Of a DNA stretch of 64,000 nucleotides, positions 33,543 through 44,595 are shown in pieces. Position numbers and translations under genes: made by a program. The notes beneath the pieces were generated by a model. The model searched no databases. It worked only from the letters and a program-made list of their open reading frames with translations, and was not told the DNA's origin. Location of the stretch: positions 46,858 to 110,857 of IMG/VR virus record IMGVR_UViG_3300011113_000257. One strand, given 5' to 3'. This DNA is from a virus. Position 1 is the first letter of the stretch. Each line of letters starts with the position of its first letter.

Positions 33543-35537
33543 TTGTTTAAGACTCTAAGAGTTCTTGGTGCTCTTTTTTACTTATCTTTATTTGCTTTAA
33601 TTGCACCACCCCCTCCAGCAAGTGCGTCTATTGCCGAACAACCTTGCAATCAAGTCTCTTGGACTCAAGAAGACGATGTTGCCCACGAAATGGCTTTGCC
33701 TTATAGCCTTCCTCTTGGAGACACTACATACAATACAACCTATGTAACTACCAACGGAACTTTAACTTTTGGGACACCTGACCCAACATTTCACACATAT
33801 CCAAGTACTCCTTCCATCTCTCTTGCAGGCTGGGACTGGGTTACTTGGAGTGGTGGCTATTTAAGTTATGGAGTTACTGATACAGGCTTCTGCGTTGAAT
33901 GGAAAGTTCGTCCATTCCCACAGAGTTCAGGTGATTTTACAACAATCAAACTAACTGTTGACACTTCACGCCTACCTACTTGGTCTGGAATTGTTGAAAC
34001 AACAGGCTGGCTTCCTTCAGATTTACGTCGCGGTATTCGTTTCCAATCAGGTGAAGAGGTGGTCCAAATCTCAGAGGCGTTCACCATTAACGGTGGACTC
34101 CCAGTTGAAATGCAGACTTGTTGGGATGGAACAATTATCCCAATGTCTGCAACATGTCCTGCAGAACCACCACCCGGTCAATGCTGGGATGGCTCTACAG
34201 TTGTTTACGGGCAAACCTGTCCACCAGTCCCACCTGACACACAATGCTGGGACGGTACTTGGATTGCATGGAGTCAAACCTGTCCACCTCAACCGCCCCC
34301 AATAACTTGTTGGGATGGTTCAGTAATTGCTCACAACCAAACCTGTCCACCAACTCCGCCTGACACACAATGTTGGGACGGCTCAACTATTCCTTGGAAT
34401 CAAACTTGTCCACCAACTCCTCCAGATATTGTTTGCTGGGATGGCTCAACTATTTCTTGGAATCAAACCTGCCCACAAACACCACCACTAGTTGAGTGTT
34501 GGGATGGTTCGGAAGTTAACTGGAATGAGCAGTGTCCACCAGAGCCACCACCTGCAATTGTTTACCCAGACGATGCAATATACATTACAACTAACGAAGG
34601 GGGAGAACTTACTTATGTTGCCCCAGTTGGTATGAAAATTAATCAAATCTTATTTGCATCATATGGAACACCAAATGAGTACCAATACGGAACATGTCAC
34701 GCTGAAAACTCTGCAATGCTTGTATCGAATGCTGTATCTAATGACACCTTAGTCATTAATGCAAATAATGGAGTCTTTGGAGACCCTTGTGGTGGAACTG
34801 AAAAATATCTTTCTGTAGTTCTTACTATTGAAGTTGACCCTAACTATGTAGAACCAACTCCAACTCCTACTCCAGAACCGACACCCACTGAGACAGTAGA
34901 ACCCACCCCAACGCCAGAACCAACACCAGAGCCGTCACCATCAGTATCACCGACACCAGAACCGACTTTAGAACCTTCACCTACACCGACACCCACACCA
35001 ACAGTCCTGCCCACATCAGAACCAACAGTAACTCCAACAGTTGAGCCGAGCCCAGAACCAATACCTTCAGAGACTTCAACACCAGAACCAACTCCTACTC
35101 CTACTGAACCAATTATAGAGCCTGTTCAAGAAGTCATAGATAACGCTTCTGCTGATGGAATTATTACTGACAGTGAAAGAGAAATAATCTCTAATGCTCT
35201 CGTCGAGGAATATGCTGATACATCAATTCCATTTGATGTTTTTGAAGAGTCTGGTTTGGATTACGAAGACTTGCCACCCGAGCAACCAGTTACTTTAGAA
35301 AACGGTGTAGTTATTACTGCTGAAATTGCCGATGCACTTGAGATTTTTGAAGACCCTTCCGAACTCCTTTCCGCAGTTTTAACTGACCCAGGGAAGGCAC
35401 TTAAAGCCATTGCGAATGTTGGTGCCGATTTGTCACCAGAGGTTCGTAAGGACGCACAGGCAATCACTGTTTCGGCAGTCATTGTGTCACAAATAATTGC
35501 TGGAACTTCAGCACTAACCCTAGCGAGGAATCAATAA
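33543..35537 (+). CDS. secreted/surface protein with 7 CWDG repeats, SUEL-type (Gal/Rha-binding) lectin domain, PT/PE linker and C-terminal anchor
   Basis: Signal peptide; CWDG-x8-CP repeats; FASYGTP...C...N.VFGDPC.GT.KYL; (PT/EP)n. Confidence 0.8.
   Translation: MFKTLRVLGALFYLSLFALIAPPPPASASIAEQPCNQVSWTQEDDVAHEMALPYSLPLGDTTYNTTYVTTNGTLTFGTPDPTFHTYPSTPSISLAGWDWVTWSGGYLSYGVTDTGFCVEWKVRPFPQSSGDFTTIKLTVDTSRLPTWSGIVETTGWLPSDLRRGIRFQSGEEVVQISEAFTINGGLPVEMQTCWDGTIIPMSATCPAEPPPGQCWDGSTVVYGQTCPPVPPDTQCWDGTWIAWSQTCPPQPPPITCWDGSVIAHNQTCPPTPPDTQCWDGSTIPWNQTCPPTPPDIVCWDGSTISWNQTCPQTPPLVECWDGSEVNWNEQCPPEPPPAIVYPDDAIYITTNEGGELTYVAPVGMKINQILFASYGTPNEYQYGTCHAENSAMLVSNAVSNDTLVINANNGVFGDPCGGTEKYLSVVLTIEVDPNYVEPTPTPTPEPTPTETVEPTPTPEPTPEPSPSVSPTPEPTLEPSPTPTPTPTVLPTSEPTVTPTVEPSPEPIPSETSTPEPTPTPTEPIIEPVQEVIDNASADGIITDSEREIISNALVEEYADTSIPFDVFEESGLDYEDLPPEQPVTLENGVVITAEIADALEIFEDPSELLSAVLTDPGKALKAIANVGADLSPEVRKDAQAITVSAVIVSQIIAGTSALTLARNQ
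34119..34556 (+). repeat. 7 x 63-nt (21-aa) CWDG tandem repeat
   Basis: First Cys codon at 34119, seventh at 34497 (6 x 63 nt apart). Confidence 0.9.
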
Positions 35538-35767
35538 TGAAAGCCATACTGATATGGATTAAAGATGCCTTCATTGAATCACTAAACCAAACATGGACTT
35601 TATTAGGTATGTTTATCGCTTGGTGCGTTCTTGAAGGAAGTGCAAAGACCGTTGTAGGTTATGCAATAACACTGTCACTAGCAATCTGGCTGCTTACAAT
35701 TAAATTAAGAGGTCCACTTGACCTTGAGATTGTGCATAAAGATGAAGACGAAGAAGCCCCCAAATAG
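35537..35767 (+). CDS. two-TM membrane protein
   Basis: TAATG-coupled; hydrophobic segments; terminator hairpin at its stop. Confidence 0.75.
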   Translation: MKAILIWIKDAFIESLNQTWTLLGMFIAWCVLEGSAKTVVGYAITLSLAIWLLTIKLRGPLDLEIVHKDEDEEAPK

Positions 35768-35854
35768 GGGGCTTTTTCCTTTATACAAGCAATTTGCATA
35801 AGAGATACAAAGTCTGTACCATAGAGTTATGACACACGCTAAAGACATAAAGAA

Positions 35855-36325
35855 ATGGAGAAAGAAAAAATGAGTGATTTACTCCTTGAGTACACTGAAA
35901 AAATCCTTCCAATCTTGCCTTTAGCAAAAAAGGCATATGGTTCTAGGTCGCAAAAAAGCGTAGAGCACGATGCAAGTCGTCAATACACGGATTTTCTAAT
36001 TGAATTTCAATCAAAAGGTGGCAGTCTTCCGCAGTTAGCAAAGAGTCTAAATGTTGCTTATCCCGGTGTAAGACGACGAGTTGTAATGAATGACGTAAAT
36101 TTGTCTTCAATAAAGCCAAAAACTCGTGCTACAAAGCAAGAAAATATTGAAGCAGTAGACCGTGTAAAAAAGGCAAAAGAAATTGGTGTTGACCAGTATC
36201 ACGACCAACTTGCTGTTGAATATAAAAATGGCGTATCTTTGTCAGTTTTAGCCCGCGAAATGGGTCTCAGTTCCGCCGCACCACTGTATTATGGAGTACA
36301 GAGTAGTTTGAAGCGTAACGTCTAA
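35855..36325 (+). CDS. putative DNA-binding protein with two HTH-like repeats
   Basis: GGSLPQLAKSLNVAY and GVSLSVLAREMGLSS. Confidence 0.6.
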   Translation: MEKEKMSDLLLEYTEKILPILPLAKKAYGSRSQKSVEHDASRQYTDFLIEFQSKGGSLPQLAKSLNVAYPGVRRRVVMNDVNLSSIKPKTRATKQENIEAVDRVKKAKEIGVDQYHDQLAVEYKNGVSLSVLAREMGLSSAAPLYYGVQSSLKRNV

Positions 36326-36383
36326 AACAAAAATTTAAGCCCTCATGCTACTCAGCGTGAGGGTTTTGTTTTTTGGAGGAATA

Positions 36384-37793
36384 ATGGGTAAGAGTTTAAT
36401 GGAGCAAATTGCCATGCTCTCCGAGGAAGAACGTAATGCTGTTCTTTCTGATATGGATATGGACTCTCTTATCTGGGACTGGAAGGCTTGGGGAAGACCA
36501 GAACAACAAACACCAGAGGGTAACTGGAATATTTGGGCATATATCGCTGGTCGCGGTGCTGGTAAAACTAGAACTGCTGCTGAATGGGTTCGTGAAGAAG
36601 CCAAGCATACAAATAAGGGACAACTTAGATTTGCTTTAGTTGCTCGTACTGCAGCAGACGTTCGCGACGTTATTGTCGAAGGTGAGTCAGGAATTATCAA
36701 TGTTTCGCCACCGAGTGAGAAGCCACACTATGAACCGTCTAAGCGTCGTCTAACTTGGTCTAACGGAAATACTGCAACTTGTTTTACTGCTGACGAACCT
36801 GACTCACTTCGTGGTCCGCAATTTACTCACGCATGGGGCGACGAAGTTGCTGCTTGGCGACAGACTCCAGATGCTGCTGGTATGACTGCCTTTGATAACT
36901 TACGAGTTGGTACTCGTCTTGGGGACCGACCAAAAATTATGTTGACTACAACACCAAAGCGCGTACCGCTTTTATATTCTTTAATAGAAGAATCAAAGAA
37001 AAGTGAAAGTGTAGTAATTACACGCGGTAGCACTATGGATAATGCAGGTAACTTATCTGGCGCTTACATGGAAGCAATTATGGGTGTGTATGAAGGTACC
37101 CGTCTTGCTGCTCAAGAACTTTATGGCGAAATGCTTGACGACATTGAAGGTGCTCTTTGGACTATTGAAATGGTTGAAAGAAACCGACATGGGTCATTTC
37201 CTCTAGGAACACCTCTTAGATGTATAGGAGTAGACCCATCTGTGGCAGAAAATCCAAGAGATGAGTGCGGAATTGTTGTATGCGCTTCTACTGGAGATAG
37301 AGATTTATACAAACGCGAAGCATGGGTACTTGAAGATGCATCTATTCTAGGCTCACCTGAAGTCTGGGCTAATAAAGTTGTAGAGATGGCTCGTAAGTGG
37401 ATGTGTCCAGTTATTGCTGAAGTAAACCAAGGTGGGGCTTTAGTTCGTAATGCAATTAATGCTATTGACCCAAATGTTAAAGTTTTAGAGGTTCACTCAA
37501 AGCACGGTAAGCAACTTCGCGCTGAGCCTACTGTTCTTGCATATGAGCAAGGACGTGTTCACCATATTGGATTCTTAGCAGAACTTGAAGACCAAATGAC
37601 TTCATGGATTCCCGGTGAAGGAAAATCTCCAGACCGTGTAGATGCTTTAGTACATGCACTAACAGCATTACTTATTAAACCACCTCAAGGTTTTGTAGGC
37701 GGAAAAATAACCGCCCACTCCCCTGCCCGTCGAAAGATTGACTTAGGCAGGAGAGGTGGCGGTATGGGTGGTGCTAGGGTCTTTAAACCTTAG
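36384..37793 (+). CDS. terL: terminase large subunit
   Basis: AGRGAGKT, LRGPQ...WGDE, TTTP, nuclease GVDPS, E.NQGG, SPDRVDA; start re-called at MGKSLM. Confidence 0.92.
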   Translation: MGKSLMEQIAMLSEEERNAVLSDMDMDSLIWDWKAWGRPEQQTPEGNWNIWAYIAGRGAGKTRTAAEWVREEAKHTNKGQLRFALVARTAADVRDVIVEGESGIINVSPPSEKPHYEPSKRRLTWSNGNTATCFTADEPDSLRGPQFTHAWGDEVAAWRQTPDAAGMTAFDNLRVGTRLGDRPKIMLTTTPKRVPLLYSLIEESKKSESVVITRGSTMDNAGNLSGAYMEAIMGVYEGTRLAAQELYGEMLDDIEGALWTIEMVERNRHGSFPLGTPLRCIGVDPSVAENPRDECGIVVCASTGDRDLYKREAWVLEDASILGSPEVWANKVVEMARKWMCPVIAEVNQGGALVRNAINAIDPNVKVLEVHSKHGKQLRAEPTVLAYEQGRVHHIGFLAELEDQMTSWIPGEGKSPDRVDALVHALTALLIKPPQGFVGGKITAHSPARRKIDLGRRGGGMGGARVFKP

Positions 37794-38524
37794 ACCAACT
37801 TAAATCCATATTTCTTTGCCATCTCTGACATAGACTTTTTGCCAGGAATACCATCAGCATCTTTACCATGGTAGCCCAACTTATGTTGCCACAACTTGTA
37901 GGCTTCTCTAGTCTTCTCATCAAAAGTTCCGTTAGCAGGAATTTTTGCACCGCATAGGTCAATTAATGCTGACTGCACGACTTTAACATCGTCATTAGTG
38001 GCACCATAAACAAGACCAGATAAATGTACAATCTTGTTTGGTTTCTTTGGTGTAGGAGTTACAATTGCAACACCCTTTTTCCAAAGACCAATCTTGCGTT
38101 CTGAAGGAGCATTCTTGTCAATAATGCCAGGCATATCTAGGAACGGATTGCTTACATCATTACCATAACGGAATGGTGAAACACGAGTTTCTAAGTGTAA
38201 GTGCGGCCCGGTGGAGTTACCTGTATTCCCAGAGAGCCCCAATTCCTCTCCTTCAGCAACTTTTTGACCTTTTTTCACAGTTGGCTTTGACATATGGCAA
38301 TACCAAATATCTACAGTTCCTTTATCGGATTTGCAAGTAAGAATTACAACTTTGCCATATGACTTGTCGTTAAGAACATCTTTGATTGTTCCTGCAGCAA
38401 CTGCAAATAAAGGAGTACCAACAGGGCAAGCAAAATCAATTCCCGTGTGACGCTTTGCTGAATAGCGAGGGTTTGGACGACCCCAAGGTTGAGAGACCTT
38501 AGGGTTTTTTAGTGGACTAGCCAT
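37790..38524 (-). CDS. endolysin-like M23 peptidase with C-terminal peptidoglycan-binding domain
   Basis: HTGID, YCHM, SGNTGNSTGPHLH; WQ.KLGY.G.DADGIPG. Confidence 0.9.
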   Translation of the reverse strand: MASPLKNPKVSQPWGRPNPRYSAKRHTGIDFACPVGTPLFAVAAGTIKDVLNDKSYGKVVILTCKSDKGTVDIWYCHMSKPTVKKGQKVAEGEELGLSGNTGNSTGPHLHLETRVSPFRYGNDVSNPFLDMPGIIDKNAPSERKIGLWKKGVAIVTPTPKKPNKIVHLSGLVYGATNDDVKVVQSALIDLCGAKIPANGTFDEKTREAYKLWQHKLGYHGKDADGIPGKKSMSEMAKKYGFKLV

Positions 38525-38585
38525 TTTTAAATCCTTAGTAGGTAGAAAAACAATGTTCTTCTATTTTACCTGAACTAAAGTTTTC

Positions 38586-41225
38586 CTATCTAGCAAATCT
38601 AGTAGCAGTGCCCCAGTCAATTTCGTTATTAGTCACCTGACGAGGCTTCAAGGAACGACCCATAATTATTGCTTGAGAACCCTGACCTACGACTTCTACG
38701 TTTCTTTCCAACATCTTACGCTGGAATGCAGTCTGAGTCATAGGTTTTTCGCCACGCTCTTCAGCCCAAATACGGTAAATAACATACAAAGACTTAATTG
38801 GGGTAGTAGCACCCTCATTTAAAATAGTTTCTTCTTCAAGGAACAATCCAATACGGTCTTCATTCTTTCGGTAGATTTCTGCTGCTTCAGAGACAACTGA
38901 ACACCAACCAAGAGCATCACGAGAACTTGAACCAAGCATTTTTATTGCACCTTCAACAGCCCAAGAAAGAACAGCAGGAAGAGCGCCCTCTGGGTCAAAA
39001 ATGTATTCTTTTAAGTCTGGGTCTGGATTCTCGGGAACAAATGTAAATGGAATTGGACGAATACGTCTCCACATTGCATCATCATTAATAATTGGACGAT
39101 GATTAGTAGATATCCAAAGTTTTGCTTGAGCCTTAAAAGTAAATGGACGCTCACCAGGAGAACGCGCAGAAATTTCTTCGGAGCCAGTTAATTTTTTAAC
39201 TGAGTTCTCTTTTAAGCGCTCTGAGTCAGGAAGTTCGTCAACCCAAACCATACGGCGACCACGAAGTTCAGCCCAGTGATAAAGGTCAGAACCTGATGCA
39301 TTACCGTCACCACTAGCAAGAATGCTTGAGTCAAATGGCCAGGCATATTGTTGTGTACCAAGACATTTTACAATTGCTTCAACAAATGTATTCTTACCAG
39401 AACCTGCAGGACCGTAAACCAAAAACATCAAGTCATACTTACTAAGACCAGTAAGAGAGTAGCCAGCAGCACGTTGTAGCCAATCTTGGAACTCTTTATC
39501 TCCACCAGTTGCAAAATTTAGAAACTCCTCCCAGCGTATGTTACGAGTACCAGGAGAATAAGCAACAGGTGCTCTACGAGTTATGTATAGGTCTGGTCTA
39601 TTTTTTAGTAGTTCTCCAGAACGTAAATCAACAACGCCATTTAAGACTCCAAGCATGTGAGGATTAGAATCCCACTGGTCTACTGCAACTCTAATACGAC
39701 GGTCAGAGTTTGCGTTCTCGATTGCAGACTTTAGTCTGGCATTTGATTTAGAATTTTGCGCCCATTTAATAACGTCTGATTGTTTGTCAGAATCACCATC
39801 ATAGTTTTTTACTTCACTAGCAATAACAGGAGCAAGACTTTTTGCAAGTTCTTGCATTTCTAAACCCTCAATGTCTGGCTTCCAGTAACCACCGTCCCAG
39901 TGAAACCAACCAAGACCCTCTGAGTAACGAACTGCTTCACCGAATGTATCTACAAATCTACGACCATTACCTGTATCGGATAAGGTACGTTGCCCAACGA
40001 TTCCGCCATCTTCTTCGCTAATAGCATCAGTATCTTTTGGAACATTTAAGTTAGCAAGAGAAGATGCTTCAGCAACTGATTCACCTTTGTGGATACTTTC
40101 AGATACGGCACCAGCAAGAGTTCCCGGCAAAAATTCTGACTCTCCAGAAAAATCTGATGTTGATTTAGGATTAAATTTTGCTTGAGTTTCTTCAGTTGAT
40201 TTTTTAGCCCAACCGTTTTCCGCATCGCCAATACCGGGCCAAAGCATATTTGACTTAGGGTTGTTGGCAACAAAATCTATGGCGCGACGAACGTGCATAA
40301 GTAGACCGCCCTGACCTTCAAGAGGTAGAGGTGGTTTTACCTTTTCAGCATTAAAGCGAATCATTAAAGTTTCAAGCGCCTCGCGACCGTGAGGTTTATC
40401 TACTGGATATTCATTAGCAAGAGAGCAAGTTAGTTTATAAATATCTACAGCGCGAGAGCCTTCTTCAATTCCATCTTCAAGAATTTTACGAATTTCTTCT
40501 TTGTTTTTACCAAAATCAACATCGTCAAAGGTTGCACTCCAGTCCATAGCCCCAAGAGAAGAACTTAGAGATTTCGAAGAAGTAGAACGACGACCACGCT
40601 TACGCAAAAAATTTAAAAGTTCTTCTGGCGCTTGAGCCATCTCGGTTTCCCAAGGAGCCTTTCCTTCAGCCCATTCATAATTTTGACCAGAGAAGTGGCG
40701 TGAAGGTGCAATAAGAACATAACCATTGTGCTTAATATCAATACCTTTGATACCAGCAGATTTTAAATTTCCAACTAAATCTTCAGATGCATCGCATCGA
40801 TAAAAAATATGACGACCACGCATAGTCTTTCCACCAAGCGTGTACTCACCAGTGAGTGCTTCAACAGTTGGAGGCAGATTACCTTCAACTAGTTTTTCAA
40901 ACTCTTCAAAAGAATCGTGACCACCCGAGCGAGGGTCAATATCAATTACAAAAAATCCTGAAGGACGACAGAAGACACCAATATTTGCTTCTGAATCACG
41001 CTCCCACCAGCGTTCAATAACATTTACGTCACTAGATGCTTCAGTGTGCCATCCGCTAATCGCTGGATGCTTACCTACATCTTTAGGTTCAGCGTGGGCT
41101 TGGCTACAAGTACAACGACCGCCAACAATTCCATAACAAGGGAGAATTTTCCATCCTTGTGAGGCATACCAAGAAGTTGCCTTACTAAATCTGCCATCAA
41201 TGTTTGCTTCATCATGCCGAGACAT
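38586..41225 (-). CDS. bifunctional primase-polymerase fused to D5/P4-type SF3 helicase
   Basis: GKHP, ANIG, IDIDPR, GRHIFY, GYVL.APSRH; D5_N region; GPAGSGKNT, DE, TNHRP, MWRR. Confidence 0.92.
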   Translation of the reverse strand: MSRHDEANIDGRFSKATSWYASQGWKILPCYGIVGGRCTCSQAHAEPKDVGKHPAISGWHTEASSDVNVIERWWERDSEANIGVFCRPSGFFVIDIDPRSGGHDSFEEFEKLVEGNLPPTVEALTGEYTLGGKTMRGRHIFYRCDASEDLVGNLKSAGIKGIDIKHNGYVLIAPSRHFSGQNYEWAEGKAPWETEMAQAPEELLNFLRKRGRRSTSSKSLSSSLGAMDWSATFDDVDFGKNKEEIRKILEDGIEEGSRAVDIYKLTCSLANEYPVDKPHGREALETLMIRFNAEKVKPPLPLEGQGGLLMHVRRAIDFVANNPKSNMLWPGIGDAENGWAKKSTEETQAKFNPKSTSDFSGESEFLPGTLAGAVSESIHKGESVAEASSLANLNVPKDTDAISEEDGGIVGQRTLSDTGNGRRFVDTFGEAVRYSEGLGWFHWDGGYWKPDIEGLEMQELAKSLAPVIASEVKNYDGDSDKQSDVIKWAQNSKSNARLKSAIENANSDRRIRVAVDQWDSNPHMLGVLNGVVDLRSGELLKNRPDLYITRRAPVAYSPGTRNIRWEEFLNFATGGDKEFQDWLQRAAGYSLTGLSKYDLMFLVYGPAGSGKNTFVEAIVKCLGTQQYAWPFDSSILASGDGNASGSDLYHWAELRGRRMVWVDELPDSERLKENSVKKLTGSEEISARSPGERPFTFKAQAKLWISTNHRPIINDDAMWRRIRPIPFTFVPENPDPDLKEYIFDPEGALPAVLSWAVEGAIKMLGSSSRDALGWCSVVSEAAEIYRKNEDRIGLFLEEETILNEGATTPIKSLYVIYRIWAEERGEKPMTQTAFQRKMLERNVEVVGQGSQAIIMGRSLKPRQVTNNEIDWGTATRFAR

Positions 41226-41414
41226 AAATCACCTCGGAAAGTAAACTAGGCAGAAATCCCTGTGTCATTTAATCGTTTTCTCCTTTCAAGGACGTTTGCG
41301 CGTCGTAAGAAGACTATACCTTAACCCAAGCAAAAAGCAATAGAGCCACCCTAAAATAGTAAGGTTTATGCTATAGTAGTCATACGCGCTATAAGCGAAT
41401 CTACAGTATACACC

Positions 41415-41753
41415 TTGAAAGGTGACACCGTGTCGTTATTTTCTCAATTCGTAATGTTTATTGGCGGGGCAGTAACCATTACAGGTGCTCTATATGCCAT
41501 ATATAAAATTGCTAAAAGACTAGAAGATGCTATCGGAACTGACTCAAAAGGCAGAACCATTTCTGAGCGCCTAGATAGGGTAGAGCACCAACTATGGGAG
41601 AATGGTGGCTCGTCTCTAGCAGATAGAGTAAATACTATTGAAATGCATAGTATAAAAACATCAACTGAAATACAGTTTATTAAAGAACTTATTGTAAATA
41701 GTTCAACTTCAGTTGCTGCTGCTAAAAAGCCTAGAACAAGAAAAACATCATAG
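41415..41753 (+). CDS. membrane-anchored protein (ENGGSSLAD motif)
   Basis: N-terminal TM segment; NGGSSL motif common in actinophage membrane proteins. Confidence 0.7.
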   Translation: MKGDTVSLFSQFVMFIGGAVTITGALYAIYKIAKRLEDAIGTDSKGRTISERLDRVEHQLWENGGSSLADRVNTIEMHSIKTSTEIQFIKELIVNSSTSVAAAKKPRTRKTS

Positions 41754-41880
41754 TTTTCTAACAGTTTTATACATTATATAAGTTTCGACACACCAGTAAC
41801 ACGAGTCACATAAATTGTAATTATTTCTGTTAAAGTTCTTATATGTCTAGTCACAAGACTTGATAACAAGAAGGACTGTT

Positions 41881-42171
41881 ATGGGTAAATTAGCAGAAAA
41901 AGTCTCGGAACTTTCAGCACCTCAATTTGGACTCCCCTGCGGAGTTTCAAAAGTAATGACAAAAATGGACAAAGACGACAAAAGTACTTTAGAACTAATT
42001 TTATTTCCGCAAACTGAAAAAGTTAAGCGATTCTCTAATCGCCAAATTTACGAACTACTTCTTTCTGAAAATTACGATGTTGCTCAATCATCAATTGCAC
42101 TACATCGTCGTAAGCAGTGTCGTTGTTTTACAGGAATTAATGCTCGTATTGAAGCACTTGGAGATAAATAA
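41881..42171 (+). CDS. small Cys/His protein
   Basis: C-terminal HRRKQCRC. Confidence 0.7.
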   Translation: MGKLAEKVSELSAPQFGLPCGVSKVMTKMDKDDKSTLELILFPQTEKVKRFSNRQIYELLLSENYDVAQSSIALHRRKQCRCFTGINARIEALGDK

Positions 42172-43382
42172 TGTCTGAAAGTTTTGCAAAAAAAGTTTTA
42201 GAAGAGTTAGCAACTCCAGGACAAACTGGCTCAGATAGACGTTTGCAAGACACCCCTGAAGCATGGAAACCTCGTATGGACATTGACCATAAAACAGGTG
42301 GCTTTGTTGTAAGTACTCCACGACCAGCAGGTAATACCGCAGATGCAGATGCAATCCTACGAGATTTTGATTTAGACCCTGCTTCTTGGCGAGTCACAAG
42401 TGTGCGCCAAAGTAAGTGGCAGTCTGCTAACCAAGAATGGCTTGAATCCTATCGAGTATCTGTTGTACCAGCAGATATGGTTGCAGAAGAAGATGTAGTT
42501 GATATAGAAAAACTTATTGATGAAGTAAAAAAGTGGAAGCCAGAAAAAGGTATTAAAAAAATATCTGGAAAAGGCGCATACGTTATAGTTCCAAGTGACC
42601 AACAAATTGGTAAAAAAGCAAATGGACAAGGCACTGCAGAGTCTGTAGCAAGAATTCTTGACTTAACTGACAGCGCACTTGCTCGTTATAAAGAACTTGT
42701 AAAAATAGGTCGTCCATTAGGAACAGTTGCTTTTTTATTGGCAGGTGACCACGTTGAAGGTAACGTATCTCAGAATGGTCGCTTACAAAGTCCAGCAGCG
42801 TCAGACTTAGGTCAGACAGAGCAGACTCGTGTTGCTCGTAGAGTACTCATGCAACAAATTAAAGCGTTTGCTCCTCACTGCGAAGAACTAATTATTGCAG
42901 TAGTTAACGGAAACCATGATGAAGTAACGCGACAAGTTGTGGCAGACCCTTCAGATGGTTGGAACGTAGAGATTGCTTCAGCAGTACAGGATGCCTGCGC
43001 AGAAAATCCAGCATTATCTCATGTTAAATTTCGCTACCCAGAAAAAGACCACCAAACACTTACTGTAAATATTTGCGGAACCCTTGTTGGGCTTTTTCAT
43101 GGACACCAAAGTGGTAAGGACGTAACTAAATATTTATCGGGACAGGCAGCAGGTCAAACTGCACTTGGACAAGCAGACATGTGGGTATCTGGTCACTACC
43201 ACCACTTCAAGGCTCTTGATGTTGGTTCGCGTTTATGGTTACAGGCTCCAACTACTGACCCAGGCTCTCCTTGGTGGCGTGACCGTTCAGGTTTAGAAAG
43301 TAAGCCAGGACTACTAACATTTACAGTTGGTGAAGATTTAGACCCACGCGGAGATATCAGCGTGATTCAAACAAAACTATAA
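42171..43382 (+). CDS. calcineurin-like metallophosphoesterase (Mre11-like)
   Basis: SDQQIG, GDHVEG, GNHD, HGH, GHYHH. Confidence 0.85.
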   Translation: MSESFAKKVLEELATPGQTGSDRRLQDTPEAWKPRMDIDHKTGGFVVSTPRPAGNTADADAILRDFDLDPASWRVTSVRQSKWQSANQEWLESYRVSVVPADMVAEEDVVDIEKLIDEVKKWKPEKGIKKISGKGAYVIVPSDQQIGKKANGQGTAESVARILDLTDSALARYKELVKIGRPLGTVAFLLAGDHVEGNVSQNGRLQSPAASDLGQTEQTRVARRVLMQQIKAFAPHCEELIIAVVNGNHDEVTRQVVADPSDGWNVEIASAVQDACAENPALSHVKFRYPEKDHQTLTVNICGTLVGLFHGHQSGKDVTKYLSGQAAGQTALGQADMWVSGHYHHFKALDVGSRLWLQAPTTDPGSPWWRDRSGLESKPGLLTFTVGEDLDPRGDISVIQTKL

Positions 43383-43392
43383 AAAATTTTAG

Positions 43393-43881
43393 TTAGGGCT
43401 TCTTTCGAGAAGCCCTTTCTTTTTTCTTATTTTCACGGTCAGCGTGGTAAGCCTCTACAGCATTTGCGCTGGAGCGTCCACGCCAAGCAAAACCACATTC
43501 AGTGCAGGTAACTACTTTTGCGCGAGTCCAGCGTCCACCAGGCGGAAGTTTTTCAATAGATGTTGCTAACTTGCTAGGACGGGCAGTGCAGTAAGGACAG
43601 TTTGGCGGACGGTTACGTTTACGTTCTTCGCCATTGTAAGCCACAGAGAGCGCTCTACGGAGTTCAATCTCGTCCTTGCCTCCCCAGATACCCCAAATCT
43701 CTCTGTGCTCCAGTGCCCATTGTAGGCAGTCCTTTCGAGCAGGACAAGAGAAACATAAATTTTTTGCTTTATTTCTTTCTTCTGAATCCTTTGAATGGAA
43801 CCATGTCATATATTTTTTGTTTTCTGGTTTTGCGCATAAAGCATCGCGTTGCCAGTTAAGACTAATAGCAGGTTTCCACAT
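43393..43881 (-). CDS. whiB: WhiB-family regulator with C-terminal Zn ribbon
   Basis: W...ALC...AK.LC.SCP...CL.WAL....GIWGG; CPYC...CTEC. Confidence 0.85.
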   Translation of the reverse strand: MWKPAISLNWQRDALCAKPENKKYMTWFHSKDSEERNKAKNLCFSCPARKDCLQWALEHREIWGIWGGKDEIELRRALSVAYNGEERKRNRPPNCPYCTARPSKLATSIEKLPPGGRWTRAKVVTCTECGFAWRGRSSANAVEAYHADRENKKKERASRKKP

Positions 43882-43928
43882 AGAACACAATTATATTAAA
43901 AGATACAAAAAAACAGCAGGCAGACACG

Positions 43929-44264
43929 CTAAAAATCTACTAAAGTTACTTTTTTTATTTCCTCTACTAAATCTCCATACTCTGTGTATCCGTCCGAATC
44001 GCAGATACTAAGTTCAGAATCAGTATCCGTAACCCCAGCGTATGCGTGTGTGACAGATGCTTTTGAAAGCATGTTAAAACCATCAAGTAACGAGTCAGCA
44101 ATTCCATCTCTTTGAAGGCAAGATGCTAGAGCCCTTAATACAACATCTTCATCTAAAGTTACATGGTCAACTGTATAAAAAACCATACTATTTGGGTGAG
44201 ATTCATCGTAGCCTAAACCGTACCACTCTTCCCAGAGAGATTGACCTACTCTAGAATCCTTCAT
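43929..44264 (-). CDS. acidic hypothetical protein
   Basis: ORF in operon. Confidence 0.65.
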   Translation of the reverse strand: MKDSRVGQSLWEEWYGLGYDESHPNSMVFYTVDHVTLDEDVVLRALASCLQRDGIADSLLDGFNMLSKASVTHAYAGVTDTDSELSICDSDGYTEYGDLVEEIKKVTLVDF

Positions 44265-44562
44265 CAAAAGCCTCGTCATCATCTCCAAGAGACATAACAA
44301 AATTACTTTCTAGTTCATCATCTTCTAGAAAATATACTTCTTTAGGATTCACCATTTGATAGATTCCAGCAACGGTGATTGAACCACACATGCAACAAGT
44401 TTCTACTGATTCAGTGTTTACTTTTTCTGGGACATCTACACTAATCAATTTCATTAAGATTTGACCATCTTCATTCATGCTCTCTGGCTCCCAGAGAATG
44501 TGGTCATCTAAATAACATAGTTCGCACATAGCCATTGGTCTAGGGGCTTGTTCTGCTGACAT
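44251..44562 (-). CDS. acidic Zn-binding protein
   Basis: CELC...CCMC; SD GGAGG. Confidence 0.7.
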   Translation of the reverse strand: MSAEQAPRPMAMCELCYLDDHILWEPESMNEDGQILMKLISVDVPEKVNTESVETCCMCGSITVAGIYQMVNPKEVYFLEDDELESNFVMSLGDDDEAFDEGF

Positions 44563-44595
44563 CTCAAAGACCTCCTGAGGACTATGTGAAACAGT

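Noticed and set aside
34850-35110. Pro/Thr, (AP)n, PAKK, poly-Gly and collagen repeats as DNA-level repeat elements
   Set aside because: Synonymous codon variation shows they are protein low-complexity linkers
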